DNA from: Pristiophorus japonicus
Lineage: Eukaryota
Length of the DNA stretch: 64,000 bases
Assembly (NCBI RefSeq): GCF_044704955.1
Contig: NC_091992.1
Coordinates: 12,648,001 to 12,712,000, forward strand
Reading direction: 5' to 3'
A program made the position numbers and the translations under genes. Of this stretch, positions 49,071 through 62,629 are shown piece after piece (position 1 is the stretch's first letter; each line of letters opens with the position of its first letter). The notes beneath the pieces are model-generated. The model was not told the origin of the DNA and searched no databases. It was given only the letters and a program-made list of their open reading frames with translations.

Positions 49071-51314
49071 ACATAGAAACATAGAAAATAGGTGCAGGAG
49101 CAGGCCATTCAGCCCTTCTAGCCTGCACCGCCATTCAATGAGTTCATGGCTGAACATGAAACTTCAGTACCCACTTCCTGCTTTCTCGCCATACCCCTTG
49201 ATTCCCCCGAGTAGTAAGGACTTCATCTAACTCCCTTTTGAATATATTTAGTGAATTGGCCTCAACTACTTCCTGTGGTAGAGAATTCCACAGGTTCACC
49301 ACTCTCTGGGTGAAGAAGTTTCTCCTTATCTCGGTCCTAAATGGCTTACCCCTTATCCTTAGACTGTGACCCCTGGTTCTGGACTTCCCCAACATTGGGA
49401 ACATTCTTCCTGCATCCAACCTGTCCAAACCCGTCAGAATTTTAAACGTTTCTATGAGGTCCCCTCTCACTCTTCTGAACTCCAGTGAATACAAGCCCAG
49501 TTGATCCAGTCTTTCTTGATAGGTCAGTCCCACCATCCCGGGAATCAGTCTGGTGAATCTTCGCTGCACTCCCTCAATAGCAAGAATGTCCTTCCTCAAG
49601 TTAGGAGACCAAAACTGTACACAATACTCCAGGTGTGGCCTCACCAAGGCCCTGTACAACTGTAGCAACACCTCCCTGCCCCTGTACTCAAATCCCCTCG
49701 CTATGAAGGCCAACATGCCATTTGCTTTCTTAACCGCCTGCTGTACCTGCATGCCAACCTTCAATGACTGATGTACCATGACACCCAGGTCTCGTTGCAC
49801 CTTCCCTTTTCCTAATCTGTCACCATTCAGATAATAGTCTGTCTCTCTGTTTTTACCACCAAAGTGGATAACCTCACATTTATCCACATTATACTTCATC
49901 TGCCACGCATTTGCCCACTCACCTAACCTATCCAAGTCACTCTGCCGCCTCATAGCATCCTCCTCGCAGCTCACCCTGCCACCCAACTTAGTGTCATCCG
50001 CAAATTTGGAGATACTACATTTAATCCCCTCGTCTAAATCATTAATGTACAATGTAAACAGCTGGGGCCCCAGCACAGAACCCTGCGGTACCCCACTAGT
50101 CACTGCCTGCCATTCCGAAAAGTACCCATTTACTCCTACTCTTTGCTTTCTGTCTGACAACCAGTTCTCAATCCACGTCAGCACACTACCCCCAATCCCA
50201 TGTGCTTTAACTTTGCACATTAATCTCCTGTGTGGGACCTTGTCGAAAGCCTTCTGAAAGTCCAAATATACCACATCAACTGGTACTCCTTTGTCCACTT
50301 TATTGGAAACATCCTCAAAAAATTCCAGAAGATTTGTCAAGCATGATCTCCCTTTCACAAATCCATGCTGACTTGGACCTATCATGTCACCATTTTCCAA
50401 ATGCGCTGCTATGACATCCTTAATAATTGATTCCATCATTTTACCCACTACTGAGGTCAGGCTGACCGGTCTATAATTCCCTGCTTTCTCTCTCCCTCCT
50501 TTTTTAAAAAGTGGGGTTACATTGGCTACCTTCCACTCGATAGGAACTGATCCAGAGTCAATGGAATGTTGGAAAATGACTGTCAATGCATCCGCTATTT
50601 TCAAGGCCACCTCCTTAAGTACTCTGGGATGCAGTCCATCAGGCCCTGGGGATTTATCGGCCTTCAATCCCATCAATTTCCCCAGCACAATTTCCCGACT
50701 AATAAAGATTTCCCTCAGTTCCTCCTTCTTAATAGACCCTCTGACCACTTTTATATCCGGAAGGTTGTTTGTGTCCTCCTTAGTGAATACTGAACCAAAG
50801 TACTTGTTCAATTGGTCTGCCATTTCTTTGTTCCCCGTTAATACTTCCCCTGATTCTGACTGCAGGGGACCTATGTTTGTCTTTACTAACCTTTTTCTCT
50901 TTACATACCTATAGAAACTTTTGCAATCGCCTTAATGTTCCCTGCAAGCTTCTTCTCGTACTCCATTTTCCCTGCCCTAATCAAACCCTTTGTCCTCCTC
51001 TGCTGAGTTCTAAATTTCTCCCAGTCCCCAGGTTCACTGCTATTTCTGGCCAATTTGTATGCCATTTCCTTGGCTTTAATACTATCCCTGATTTTCCTAG
51101 ATAGCCACGGTTGAGCCACCTTCCCTTTTTTATTTTTACGCCAGACAGGAATGTACAATTGTTGTAATTCATCCATGCGGTCTCTAAATGTCTGCCATTG
51201 CCCATCCACAGTCAACCCCTTAAGTATCATTAGCCAATCTATCTTAGCCAATTCATGCCTCATACCTTCAAAGTTACCCTTCTTTAAGTTCTGGACCATG
51301 GTCTCTGAATTAAC
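49071..51314 (-). mobile_element. Young 5'-truncated CR1 LINE inserted in a Deu SINE
   Basis: ACATA junction duplication. The SINE head lies at ~49000-49070 and its body at 51315-51680. Confidence 0.93.
49144..50823 (-). CDS. CR1 ORF2 reverse-transcriptase domain (559 aa open frame, lacking APE; probably not expressed)
   Basis: Motifs YRPVSLTS, YLDFQKAFDKVPH, GVPQGSVLGP and KFADD are all intact. Confidence 0.85.
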   Translation of the reverse strand: MADQLNKYFGSVFTKEDTNNLPDIKVVRGSIKKEELREIFISREIVLGKLMGLKADKSPGPDGLHPRVLKEVALKIADALTVIFQHSIDSGSVPIEWKVANVTPLFKKGGREKAGNYRPVSLTSVVGKMMESIIKDVIAAHLENGDMIGPSQHGFVKGRSCLTNLLEFFEDVSNKVDKGVPVDVVYLDFQKAFDKVPHRRLMCKVKAHGIGGSVLTWIENWLSDRKQRVGVNGYFSEWQAVTSGVPQGSVLGPQLFTLYINDLDEGIKCSISKFADDTKLGGRVSCEEDAMRRQSDLDRLGEWANAWQMKYNVDKCEVIHFGGKNRETDYYLNGDRLGKGKVQRDLGVMVHQSLKVGMQVQQAVKKANGMLAFIARGFEYRGREVLLQLYRALVRPHLEYCVQFWSPNLRKDILAIEGVQRRFTRLIPGMVGLTYQERLDQLGLYSLEFRRVRGDLIETFKILTGLDRLDAGRMFPMLGKSRTRGHSLRIRGKPFRTEIRRNFFTQRVVNLWNSLPQEVVEANSLNIFKRELDEVLTTRGNQGVWRESRKWVLKFHVQP

Positions 51315-51795
51315 ATAATTTAGTCTGAAATTTCACCGCATTACTGAAGGAGTGCCGCATTCAAAGGCGCCATCTTTCAGTTGAGGCATTAAACTGAGGG
51401 TCGCCTACATGCTCAGGTGGACATAAAAGACGCCATGGCACTATCCAAATATGGAGCGAGAGAGAGAGAGAGAGAGAGAGATCCTGGGTTGTCCTGGCCA
51501 ACATTCCTCCCTCAACCAACTTCAGCAAAAACAGATCATCATTCATTTGCTATTTGTGGGACTTTACTGGGTGCAAACTGGCTGCCACATTTGCCTGCAT
51601 AATACTTCAAAAGTAAGGTGATTATGAAGTGCTTTGGAGCAATGCAAGGCTGTGAAAAGTGCTATTCAAATGCAAGATCTTTCTTCATTCATGTATGCAA
51701 CTTACAACGTCGCCACGTGAAGAAATTACTCAAGATAAAATCTGTTGTTCTTGAATCAAAATGGCACCTTACTTCACTGGTCAAATGGATACACT

Positions 51796-52493
51796 TGTGG
51801 AAATGTATTTTTATCTAAGCTGATACCATACGGTATTTGTGTGCCCTTTGCAATATATATATAACAAAATGGAATCCTGGTCCTTCCAGAACTTTCTGCA
51901 TAAAGGCAGTCAGCTTGCATAAACAGCTAAACCTGGTTTGAGATGGCTGATGGCCATCAGACAGCTAGGAGACAAGTCATGCTGAGACAAGTACCCCCCC
52001 CCCCCCCATGGTGCTCTCCTATTGTCTACACGACAAGAGTTCCATGTCACCCCACCCTTATCTTCTAGACTCAAACCACCAGCCATTATCTCTTGTAGAG
52101 ACCTCATCCATTTGATGCAAACAGATAAACTGACTAGGAAACTGAACAATGCAAGACAGGTAATAGCTCATTACCTCACTCTCATGGAGTAATGGCCGGC
52201 TGGCCAACTAATAACCCTGACAAAAGGAAATATCTGGAAACCATGTCAGGACAAGGATGTAGTAATTAACTCTTTATCTGTATTCACTGACAGCGAGACG
52301 GAGCCAATACACAGGGAGAGGCCATAACTTGGGTTTTACTGGATAAATATCTCGTGAAACTGTACCATTGTGGAGGTGTTCACTTCGCCCTTGACTGAGT
52401 GTGACCTGCCCCTTGCTAGCAAGTAAATTAAAGAAACTTCTGCTGGAGCTGTAAGTGTCGGAGTCATTCTTTTCGGAGGTCGAGATTTCGACA
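51796..52493 (+). mobile_element. Solo LTR, copy 2
   Basis: TGTGGAAAT...ATTTCGACA ends; 4-bp TSD CACT; near-identical to the 28199 copy. Confidence 0.9.
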
Positions 52494-54636
52494 CACTTGA
52501 GCCTCAAGCAAAGAGTGTCAAAATTCTGTGGTTCAATGTGTTATTATACAAATGCCTCCAAGCTCATTACCGTCAATATCCTTTTAAGAAAAGCAAACCT
52601 CGATCACCAGACACGCATTATTTCATCCAACAGAGACGATAATGGATAAATGTTAATGCAAATCAAAGCACACTATTATCCATCACCAATAGCGTAACAA
52701 AGGGACACAAGCAGCAAGGAAACTCTGAGAACCATCTACCAGCAGTTCTACAGAAATGTTTGAAACCAATCTCAGCACTCAAAGTTGCACCCTTTTTGGG
52801 TAACATGTTGGAAAGTGCATCAATTTCTATATTTGCCAGTACACATGCTTCCTGCAGTTAACAGCACAGTGGGTAATCTGTACATGGTCTTGCCTATCCA
52901 TCTACCAAGATGCAAGACAGCAACTCCAGGAATAACTTTCCTCCATTTGGGAAGCACATTCCTCCACATAACAATGTTTCAGACATTGGCAAATCACTGA
53001 TCTGTGAACAATTAGCCCAGGTTTCACCACTGCAGAATAACATGCTAGTAACTCAATGGAGTATCACATTTTTAATTGCATGGAAAGACAAGAAAAATAA
53101 ATTAATCTACATTTAAACAATTCTACTTCGCAATCCACACACAATATGACCACAAGAAATCAATTTTGTTTAAAACCCTTTGCAGTAAAGCATTCAGTGG
53201 ATTTTCAAAACCAATATCTAATGGATACTATATTTTTGTTACCCCCATGTTGCATTGTGTACAAGCATCCCCAGTGTATAACAAGCCATATAAATCTGAA
53301 GGTCCCAAACTTGGTCCCCAGTCTGTACCCAATCACCTCTCAGTTCATCAGCAATTGGGCTGCTATAATTGGCCTCTGTCTCTGGGCAAAGGAAGTAGGA
53401 AAAACAGCCAGCCAGAGTTCCTGTTCCCAACGGCTAGCCTTAGAGCTCTGCTGGCAAGTACATGCATGACTGGAGAGCATCACTGCTAAAGAAGATCCTG
53501 TCCTCACAGCTTGCCAACATTTACGAAGAATGGTCACACTGGCTGCATACCATGGGTCTGCACCTCATTAAGAATCAACATCTTCAGATGGTGGTGATCG
53601 GAGGGTGGAAAAGGGAGGGAGAAGGGAGGAAAGAGCGGGTAAAAGGGGAAAAGTGGCAAAAAAACCACTATATTCTGCAAATTAAGATCTAAAAGTGGTC
53701 AATTCATTTTTCCAGATTTAGTTGGATATATTAAAGTGTCATGTCTTTTGACCCATGCCTTCTTACTTATCAAATAATAATTCTATTAATTATCATATTT
53801 GGCTGAAACTGCTAAATGTTACTGAACTGATGAGCTATCCGACACTTAATTTTTAGCAAAACTAATCGAAGAAAAGACAAGAGGTATTATTAAATTCAGC
53901 CACTTGGCCTGCACAGCATACACATACACATACACATGATGAGATCTCCTCTAATCATCCTTTGTGGCTTTAGTCACCCAAAGGGTCTCAATAACTGTAG
54001 CTCGAGTCTAGCCTCCATTATATTTTAGCTAAGTATAATGCACTCCACCCTTCTCCTAAGCCTCGGCACAATTAACACACTGTGCAATGCGAAACTCAAT
54101 ACTTTAAGGAAAAGTAACTCTATGAAGTGTTGAACGTTTACTCAGGAAGTTTAAGAAACAGAACTACTGCAGAAGCAACTTGGCATTTCAAGACTTCAAT
54201 CAACAGGCACCATTTATAGCTTGGCGATTCATGCCAAACCCTTATTAACAAGTAACTACAGTTGGAACCCGTCTTATAATTAACTCTGGTCTATCATGAC
54301 ATTTCACTGCATCAGGAGCAGGCTGATTGAGAAAACAGAGAGGTGCTATCCTGAAACTGCCCAACATCAGTACGGTATGTGCTCATAAAAAGCTGCCAAA
54401 TGTCCGACAAGTTTGCCAATTTCCCAGAGTACATATGACGTTCAATGTATTTTTTCAAGTTATGAATCTAACCACAAGTGGTACTCTGCCAGAGACACTG
54501 CTCTTCCACAGATTACTTCAGACAATCCACAAGTAGGGCAGTTTATGGCACTCACTTTAGACCATTAGCTTTGGGTCAACGACGGTTGTCAGTTATTCTA
54601 AATCTCGAGTAATATTGAACAGACTCCCAATTTCAA

Positions 54637-55448
54637 TAACAACTATTTATATAATGCCTTTAACATCATGAAACGTCCCAAGGTGCTTCACAGGAGTATT
54701 AGGAAATAAACAATGACACCAAGCCGCACAAGGAGAAATTAGGGCAGATGACAAAACGCTTTGTCAGAGGTAGGTTTTAAGGAGCGGCTTGAAGGAGGGA
54801 AGGAGGAAAGAGAAGTAGACAAAATGAGAGGTTTAGGCAGGGAGTTCCAGAGCTTAGGGCCCAGGCAATAGAAAGCACAGCTACCAATGGTTGAGTGATT
54901 ATAATCAGGGATGCTCAAGAGGGCAGAATTAGAGAAGCGCAGACACATCTTGGGAGGGTTGTGGGGCTGGAGAAGATTACAGGAGATAGGGAGGGGCAAG
55001 ACCATGGAGGGATTTAAAAACAAAGGATGAGAATTTTAAAATCGAGGTTTTGCTTAACCAGGGGCCAATGTATGTCAGCGAGCACAGGGGAGCTGGGTGA
55101 GCGGGACTTGGTGTAAGTTAGGACACGGGCAGCCGAGTTTTGGATCATCTCTAGTTTACACAGGGTAGAATGTGGGAGGCCAGCCAGGAGTGCGTTGGAA
55201 TAGTCAAGTGTAAAGCTAACAAAGGCAACAGATGAGCTGAGGCAAGGGCGGTGACAGGCGATGTTAGAGGTGGAAATAGGCGGTCCTAGTTATACTGCGG
55301 ATGTGGTCGGAAGCTCATTTCAGGGTCAAATATAGCACTAAGGTTGCGAACAGTCTGGTTCAGCCTCAGACAGAAGTTGGGAAGAGGGGTGGAGTCAGTG
55401 GCTAGGGAACGGAGTTTGTGGGAGGGGACTGAAAACAATGGCTTCGGT
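54637..55448 (-). mobile_element. L2 LINE 3' portion
   Basis: Encodes CLRFSNSALLSIPDYNHSTIG...GPKLWNSLP (ORF 54739); tail shared with the 46535 copy. Confidence 0.85.
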
Positions 55449-55713
55449 GAAATTAAGTCAATCGCGTGATGAACATATGTAGTGGCGGCGATGCTTGTAC
55501 AACTTTCACCCCCTCCCTCAATAGTTTACTGGCAGAGGGATTAAGCGAAGTAAATTGGATGCGAAAAATACCAAAATGCAGAGACAAGAGAGACCTTGAG
55601 TTATATAGTTTGCATCAACAGTTCTCCTATTTACCAAGTTAGAGAAGATTCTCCAGATTTCTAGAAATAGAAAGTTCATTTGCCTTTCACAAAGGTTAGA
55701 ATCTAAAATTCAA

Positions 55714-56004
55714 TCTTAGAATAAGGGGCCGCCCATTTAAAACTGAGATAAGGAGAAATTTCTTCTGAGGGTTGTAAATCTATGGAATTCGCTGCCTCAG
55801 AGAGCTGTGGAAGCTGGGATATTGAATAAATTTAAGACAGAAATAGACAGTTTCTTAAACGATAAGGGGATAAGGGGATAAGGGATTATGGGGATTGGGC
55901 AGGGAAGTGGAGCTGAGTCCATGATCAGATCAGCCATGATCTTATTGAATGGCAGAGCAGGCTCGAGGGGCCGTATGGCTTACTCCTGCTCCTATTTCTT
56001 ATGT
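55714..56004 (+). mobile_element. CR1 3' fragment
   Basis: Matches the 12752 and 41600 copies; ends CCTATTTCTTATG. Confidence 0.88.
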
Positions 56005-57248
56005 TAATCTTCATTCAGATTTCTCTCTTATTTGGGTCAGTTTCCATGGGTCTCTGCTGTTGTGCTCAATGTAGTGCATCATGGTAGCAATTAGCTACAT
56101 GGCAAGGGAGGGAGAAAATTGTAAACAAGCAACACGTTTGCTCAACACACAGGCTTCCGAATGACCAATGAAGAGCAGGCATAACCAGTTTGGCTGTGCG
56201 GACAGAAAGGGGGATTTTTAAAAAGACAAGCATAGAAAATGATGGTATTTAACATGCTTGATTTCTTTGCACAGCAACTTCCCGATCCAAGTTGGGACAC
56301 TGGGTGGGGCAGGATGGAACAGGAGAATGGCAAAGAGAGAGAGAATGAAGATAGCATTGATGGTTGTATGAAAACAGGATTACAAAGACTTTCAGAGTTT
56401 ACAGTGAAAATTTTGATGTGCTTTAAATACCAATCTCATCCAATGGAAATGCAGATACCAGGACGAAAACCCTCAAATCATATATGCATGAACCAAGTCT
56501 CTTATTTACCATGTTACTGCACCAGCTAAAACCCAAAGATATTTGGGATTGTTAGGTAGCATTAACTGTCAGTGATGACAAATCTATGTGGCTCAGCTAA
56601 GCAGATTTATGGTTATAGTGACAGCTACTTGCAAATTTTGATACTATAGAGAGAGTTTGTTATAGTTAACCAGCTATATTTTAAAAAACACATCCAACCC
56701 TGGGGTTACCATCTAAACACATTGCTTCACCCAGTCATTCAAGGCTGAAGGTGCCCTTTAGCACAGGCTACCAGAAGAGATGTCGTGAGTTAGATCCTGG
56801 GAAAGATATTTTGAACCACACACACACACACACACACACAGAAGCCAACATTGGACTAGCAAATGCTCAAACATATAATTTAAGATTTTTTTTCTATCTA
56901 TAACCTTTATATTTATTTCTGATTAAAATTAAAGTACTTTAAAGCATAATAAAAGCCAAGGAGGATCTTTTCTCAAACATAATCATACTTTGTTTATAGT
57001 TCAAAATAAATGATTTTCGATTTAGTGTTGGATTTTGTGTGGATACCTTAATGCATTTCCCATCAAGTTTTAACCAATGGCTCAGAACTTGCAGTCCTGA
57101 TGAGGGTGAACTGGCAGCATTTGCCGTCATTTCGCCATCGAAACTGGCCGCAACTTCAGGATTTAGCGCACGCGCAGTCTATCGTAGAAATCCTGAAGTT
57201 GCGGTCCTCTACAGGCTGCGCGCGGCATTGGTCATCGCCTCACCCTTC

Positions 57249-57628
57249 AGCAGCAACTTGTATTTATATAGCACCTTTAACGTAGTGAAACATCCCAAGA
57301 CGCTTCACGGGAGTATCATGCGATAAAAAATTGACAATGAGCCGCACATGTAGAAATTAGCGCAGGTGACCAAGAGGTATGTTTTAAGGGGCATCTTGAA
57401 GGAGGAAAGAGAGGTATTGAGAGGCAGAGGGGGTTTGACAGAGATTTCCAGAGCTTGGGGCCTCAGCAACAGAAGGCACGGCCATCAATGAGCGATTATA
57501 ATCAGGGATGCTCAAGAGGGCAGAATTAGAGGAGCGCAGACATCTCGGGGGGGGGGGGGGGGGCTGGAGGAGATTACAGAGATAGGGAGGGGTGAGGTCA
57601 TGGAGGGATTTGAAAATATGAGAATTTT
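57249..57628 (-). mobile_element. L2 LINE 3' end
   Basis: CAGCAACTTGTATTTATATAGC tail; collinear with 46535-46925. Confidence 0.85.
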
Positions 57629-58607
57629 ATGCAGAACTATGTAAAACAGACCTGATGAATTACAAATAAAATAAGCAGAAACTCGCCAATAGACATCAAA
57701 GATATTGGCTACACATTAGATTGTCACACTGCCATCGGTCTGCAAAAAGGTCGGTAATTAGATTCCTGAATTTAGCTATTACTTATTCTGACAAAATAAC
57801 ATATTATTCCACTTTTAATAGTATCTTCAAAACTGTTTTTTTTTTAACCACTCTTAAATTGTGGCTGTCCAGTTTTAATTTTAAATGCATCACTTGACAT
57901 TTATAGTTACATGTATTTTAATACTTTTCTACTTAGTTTTGCTTTGAGAATGCACTGCATCTATACCTTTTCTCCCATGCTATTCAAGTGTGTTTAATGA
58001 TATCACATCCATCTTATTTTTGCAACTGAAGGAAGCTTTCCCTTCACCAGCAACATTCCACACAATCAGCCTTCCACTACTATCTCTCCATTAGGACGCC
58101 AGTTCTAGATTTGCCATTCAGCAGTTGAACCTGCTGCCCCCACCCCTGCCCCCCGCCTGCTACCAGTTACCTTCCAGCAATGCTCTGGATTTAATTTTTC
58201 TATATAATTCATCCTATAGACATCTATGAAGTCCCTCTCAATCACCTCTTAAAAGATGACGAGCCCAAACAGTCTGGCCGTCTTCCCTCATAACTCAATC
58301 ATTTAATTACGTTGAAATTGCAATGGAAACAAGTAATTCAGTCCAACTAGTCTGAATGTGTGTTTATCCTCTACCGGAGCAGTAGTCCTAATCCAATGTG
58401 GCCTTCCTGTTCGCATATATGATGCTAGTGTTTTTGATGTTAGTGACCAAAATTGGACACAGTAATCAAGGTGAGAGCTAATCATAACACACTTCAGTTT
58501 CACAACATTCTCCAACTTATATCAACCAAGTTAGCAATATTGTTCAGTAAACCAGTTCTGAAGGGCATACACCCAAAACATTAAATGCTTTTTTCTCTTC
58601 ACAGATG

Positions 58608-59620
58608 CATAGGAATATGAGTACGCCATTCAGCCCCTCGAGCCTGTTCTGCCATTCAATTAGATCATGGCTGATCTGTACCTCAAGTTCATTAACCTGC
58701 CTTTGTTCCATAATCCTTCGATAGCCTTACCCAACAAAAATCTCAGTCATTTAGGGGAGCTAGTTCCAGATTTCCACTACCATGTGTGTGAAAAAGTGCT
58801 TCCTAATTTCACTCCTAAATGGCCAAAATTTTAACATAGTTGTTCTGGATTCCACCACGAGGGGAAAGTTTATCTGCATCGACCCGACTGAATCCCTTAA
58901 TCACGGTGGGAAATGAGTTTCTGACCTCTGCAGGGAATCAATCAAGCCAGGAGACTGGAGCAACTCATGAAAATTACTTGCCCCAGCTATCCCACATCCT
59001 ACCTTCAATAACTAAAAATGCTCTTCCCTCTCAGGAAGAAGGTGTCCAGTTCCCTTTTGAAGGTCTGCAGGGATTCCATACAACATATACTTCAGCAATC
59101 TGTACCAGAGGTCAACGACTCGGTGAAGATAAATACTTTCCAGCATCAAACCCAACTCTATGCTCATATGCCTTTAGTTCTCCGATCCCCATCTACCTCA
59201 AGTAACCTATCCACCTAGACAGTCTCTTTCCATTATTTTTTTTAAAAACCCTATTCATATGTCCTGAAACCTTAAGTCTGCCAGTGGAAAACAGTCCCAG
59301 TTTCTTCAGCCTATTCTAATAGCTAAAAGACAAGGCATCATTTTGGATGCCCTCCTCTGGTCCTTCTCCAGGCTCTCAAAACTGGACACAATATTCCCAA
59401 TGTGGTCACACCAAGGCCTTGCATTGCCTCGTATAGTATTCCTGGCTTTATGTCATACTATTTAAGCAATATATGCTTACGCCATATTTGCTTTTTCTAT
59501 GGCCTTGCCACACTGCTCGTCAACATGTAACATTTTATCCACCATGACCCGAGGTGCCTCTCCCCTGTTCTGCAGCCTTTGGCAGATATCCCTGCACTGT
59601 CCACACACACCTGGTATTAC
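58608..59620 (-). mobile_element. Degenerate CR1 fragments
   Basis: 3' UTR remnant GCCATTCAGCCCCTCGAGCCTG; AACTGGACACAATATTCC (RPHLEY-region remnant). Confidence 0.6.
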
Positions 59621-62114
59621 CCAGACTCAAATACATTAGGTTATATTTATTCACACTGAAGGACTTCTGCAGATCATTCAGCAGTATACCTTGTGAAGAC
59701 AGTTATAAGCATTTAAAGTATTTTATTTATTTCTTTGAAAATTATTTTGTTCATTCAACCTAAAATTCTGACGACAAATATTTATTTTAATGCGACTAAA
59801 AAAAACACCACATATTTGGTTGCAGCTGGGCTTGCCAGATTTTCTGTCCTGAATTCAGCCAAAAAATAATGTGAAAATCCAAAAGGACTAACTACGGCCT
59901 GCAAAGCTGCAGCAACTACAATTATACAGCTGAATGAACATCAACTGAAACATTTCAGCCATTCTTCACATCACCAAATGGTTTTTATAGAACAAACGGA
60001 CAGCAAGAAAGGAATACAAGGCTTGAGGTTCAGAGGACGTCATTCAAACCCTGAGGTTGGATTACAGTCTTGAATCATTCCTTTCTATTTATAATTATGC
60101 TGCAGATTTCCACTGAGCTCATTGGATCAGTAAATCTTAGTTTTTCCAATCGTGGCCCTGGAAGCTGTGGACAAATTTCACGTCAACCATTTTCTCTTAC
60201 TTTGCTTTTAAAGAGCATTCTGGCAATTTTAAACAAAAACTTCAGTCGGTAATAGAGGAGAAACATCAACCACAACAATTTTTAAAGAGGCAGGAACTGT
60301 CATTCAAGCATGCTTTTCAAGCATGGTGAGACACCACAGCCAAGGCCCATCGCACTCTTATCCAACAACCAAGCACATGCGATTTCCATTAGGGGGTCAC
60401 AAGTGAAATTCTGGCTGATTTTTCACCTCATTGCGATGAGTCACAGCTAACATACCACTCCTGCAGGGGTGAAAGGACAACGTTGAAACTTGCTTCATCA
60501 CCTAACCTGCTATTTTTAAAATAGAAAAAAAGCGCACATCCGTTACCACTGGCAGTGATTTCCCATCTCACGGACAGGGCAAAAGTAAATTATGTATGGA
60601 TTACAATAATCCCAATTACTGTAATCCATGATGGTTCACAGAGATGGCAGTTAGTTGGATGGAAATCAGCAGCATGCCGTAATGCCACAAATCTCTAAGC
60701 CCCCACAGTTCGACATGCTTGATTCAAAGTGATTTCAGGCACACCATTTGGGTACTTCCTCTCAATTGTGGATTTCATTTCCAATTAAAGCCAGAGTATC
60801 GCTTTACCATTTGAAAGAACCCAGTACTCCAAACTTAAATAGGATATTAATTTAGAGTTAATGGAGATAGTTTCCCCACCAGCTCAGTTTGCCAAATCAG
60901 CAAAACAGTTTTACAGTCCAGAAGTTTACACGGTTTAACTGGCAGTCTGTGCTGCTGGTGCTGATTTAGTTGATGTCAGCTGAGGAAGCAATCAGGGCAC
61001 AGCAACTGGCTTCATCGCCCCAGGCTGGCAAAGAAAAATCAGCCAAGAAACCTGCTCCTGATGTTTACCCAGCAACTTCCGTTGGAAAGTGCGCACGCAA
61101 TCTGGGGGTGGATAGGATCATCTGTAAAAGTCCAACAGCTTGCCAACAATCTACACTCGCACAAAGACTGATCACCTCTACAAGGTACCAGAGAACAAAG
61201 GGTGCATGTGGCACTTTAATCACACGAGTGGTTCTTCAGAAGGACAGGACGATTGGCAATGGGCTTCCTAGTTTATTTTGCTTGCAGCCTTAAAATAAGT
61301 TGAACCCTCGGCTCCTTAAAGCCCCCTCCAATAAAAATTATAACTTGATACAATTACCAATACTAAAATCAACTGACAGTACAGGTAGTATATCACTATC
61401 ATCTCAATCTTGTGTGCTGGCACCCAAGGAAGTGCCAAGCAGCAGTTAAGTGCTTCTTCACAGAGGGGGAGGGAAAGCTGAACAAAGCTTCTCTACTGAT
61501 TAGGAAGATCTAAGGAGCAGTCGACTATTCTCTTGGCCACACATGATTCATGGCACAGCAGGATCCAGGAAGGAAGGGAAACAGAAAGATAGCACAAGGT
61601 AGGAACCCAAGGAATCATTGGGTAACTCCAGTTTCATGCTGTAATGCCCAACGTGGGTCAAAAGGATAAAGAGAGAGTGGGGGTGGAAAGAGGGGAAAAA
61701 GAAGAAAGTAAAATGTGTAAAGTCGACTATACTTTTCACTTTATGATAATCCAATGATGCCTTCTGGTGATACACGTGTTAAAGACAGGATCAAGGTTGG
61801 TTGTGCTGACCCACACAATCAAATAACAACCAAATGTTCATTGCCCAGAACACCACATTGCGAATGGCCACTTTAGAGCGCGAACAAAAGCTTCCACAAC
61901 CTTTCATGAGTAAAGTCACTGCTCAGTGTAATACCAATCCATACAGACCAGAGATCCTAGGTTCTAGTCCCAGGCTGTTTGAAATGAGCTGATCTCAGCT
62001 GGGGCAGCAATTGCGGCACTAAGTGACCGCAGGGTACTGCTGACCTCTCTCTCTCTCTCATGACTGATTTCTGCACCTTCAGAAGAGCAAAGAAAATTAA
62101 CCAAAAAAACAATG

Positions 62115-62272
62115 AGATTTAGATGTAGTCCTTACTACTAGGGGGATCAAGGTGTATGGCGAGAAAGCAGGAATGGGGTACTGAAGTTGCATGTTCAGCC
62201 ATGAACTCATTGAATGGCGGTGCAGGCGCGAAGGGCCGAATGGTATACTCCTGCACATATTTTCTATGTTTC
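62115..62272 (+). mobile_element. CR1 3' fragment (TTTCTATG-tail subfamily)
   Basis: Matches 30670-30813. Confidence 0.85.
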
Positions 62273-62629
62273 TCCTTCGATGCAAAGGTTTTTTAATCTC
62301 AGTCCTTTGTACCTCTTCCTCAAACTCAACATGCAGTGTACTTCAACAATGTACTTCATTGGCTGTAAAGTGCTTTGGGGGTCCGGCAGTCGTGAAAGGC
62401 ACTATAAATACAAGTCGCCCTCTCTTTCAGATTACAAGTAGTAGTGCAAGGAGGTACATAGAGTTATTGGTACCCAAGGTTGATACCTTAGAAAATAAAA
62501 TGGAGGGGGAATAAAAAGGAACAATGTTGAAAGACAATCTTTTCTACCAGAGGGATGGAGCAATCTCATTTCAACAGAGTACAATCTTATGTTAAGAGAA
62601 CAGCAACTACGTTTTCTCCATTATAGAAA

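Noticed and set aside
28898-51795. One giant provirus between the two LTRs
   Set aside because: Each LTR has its own different TSD, and no PBS or gag/pol/env is visible between them.
57092-57146. Apparent type III hammerhead: CAGTC-CTGATGA-stem II-GAAACTG
   Set aside because: Stem I is entirely absent, since the cleavage triplet abuts CTGATGA. The homologous copy at ~13750-13816 lacks the core.
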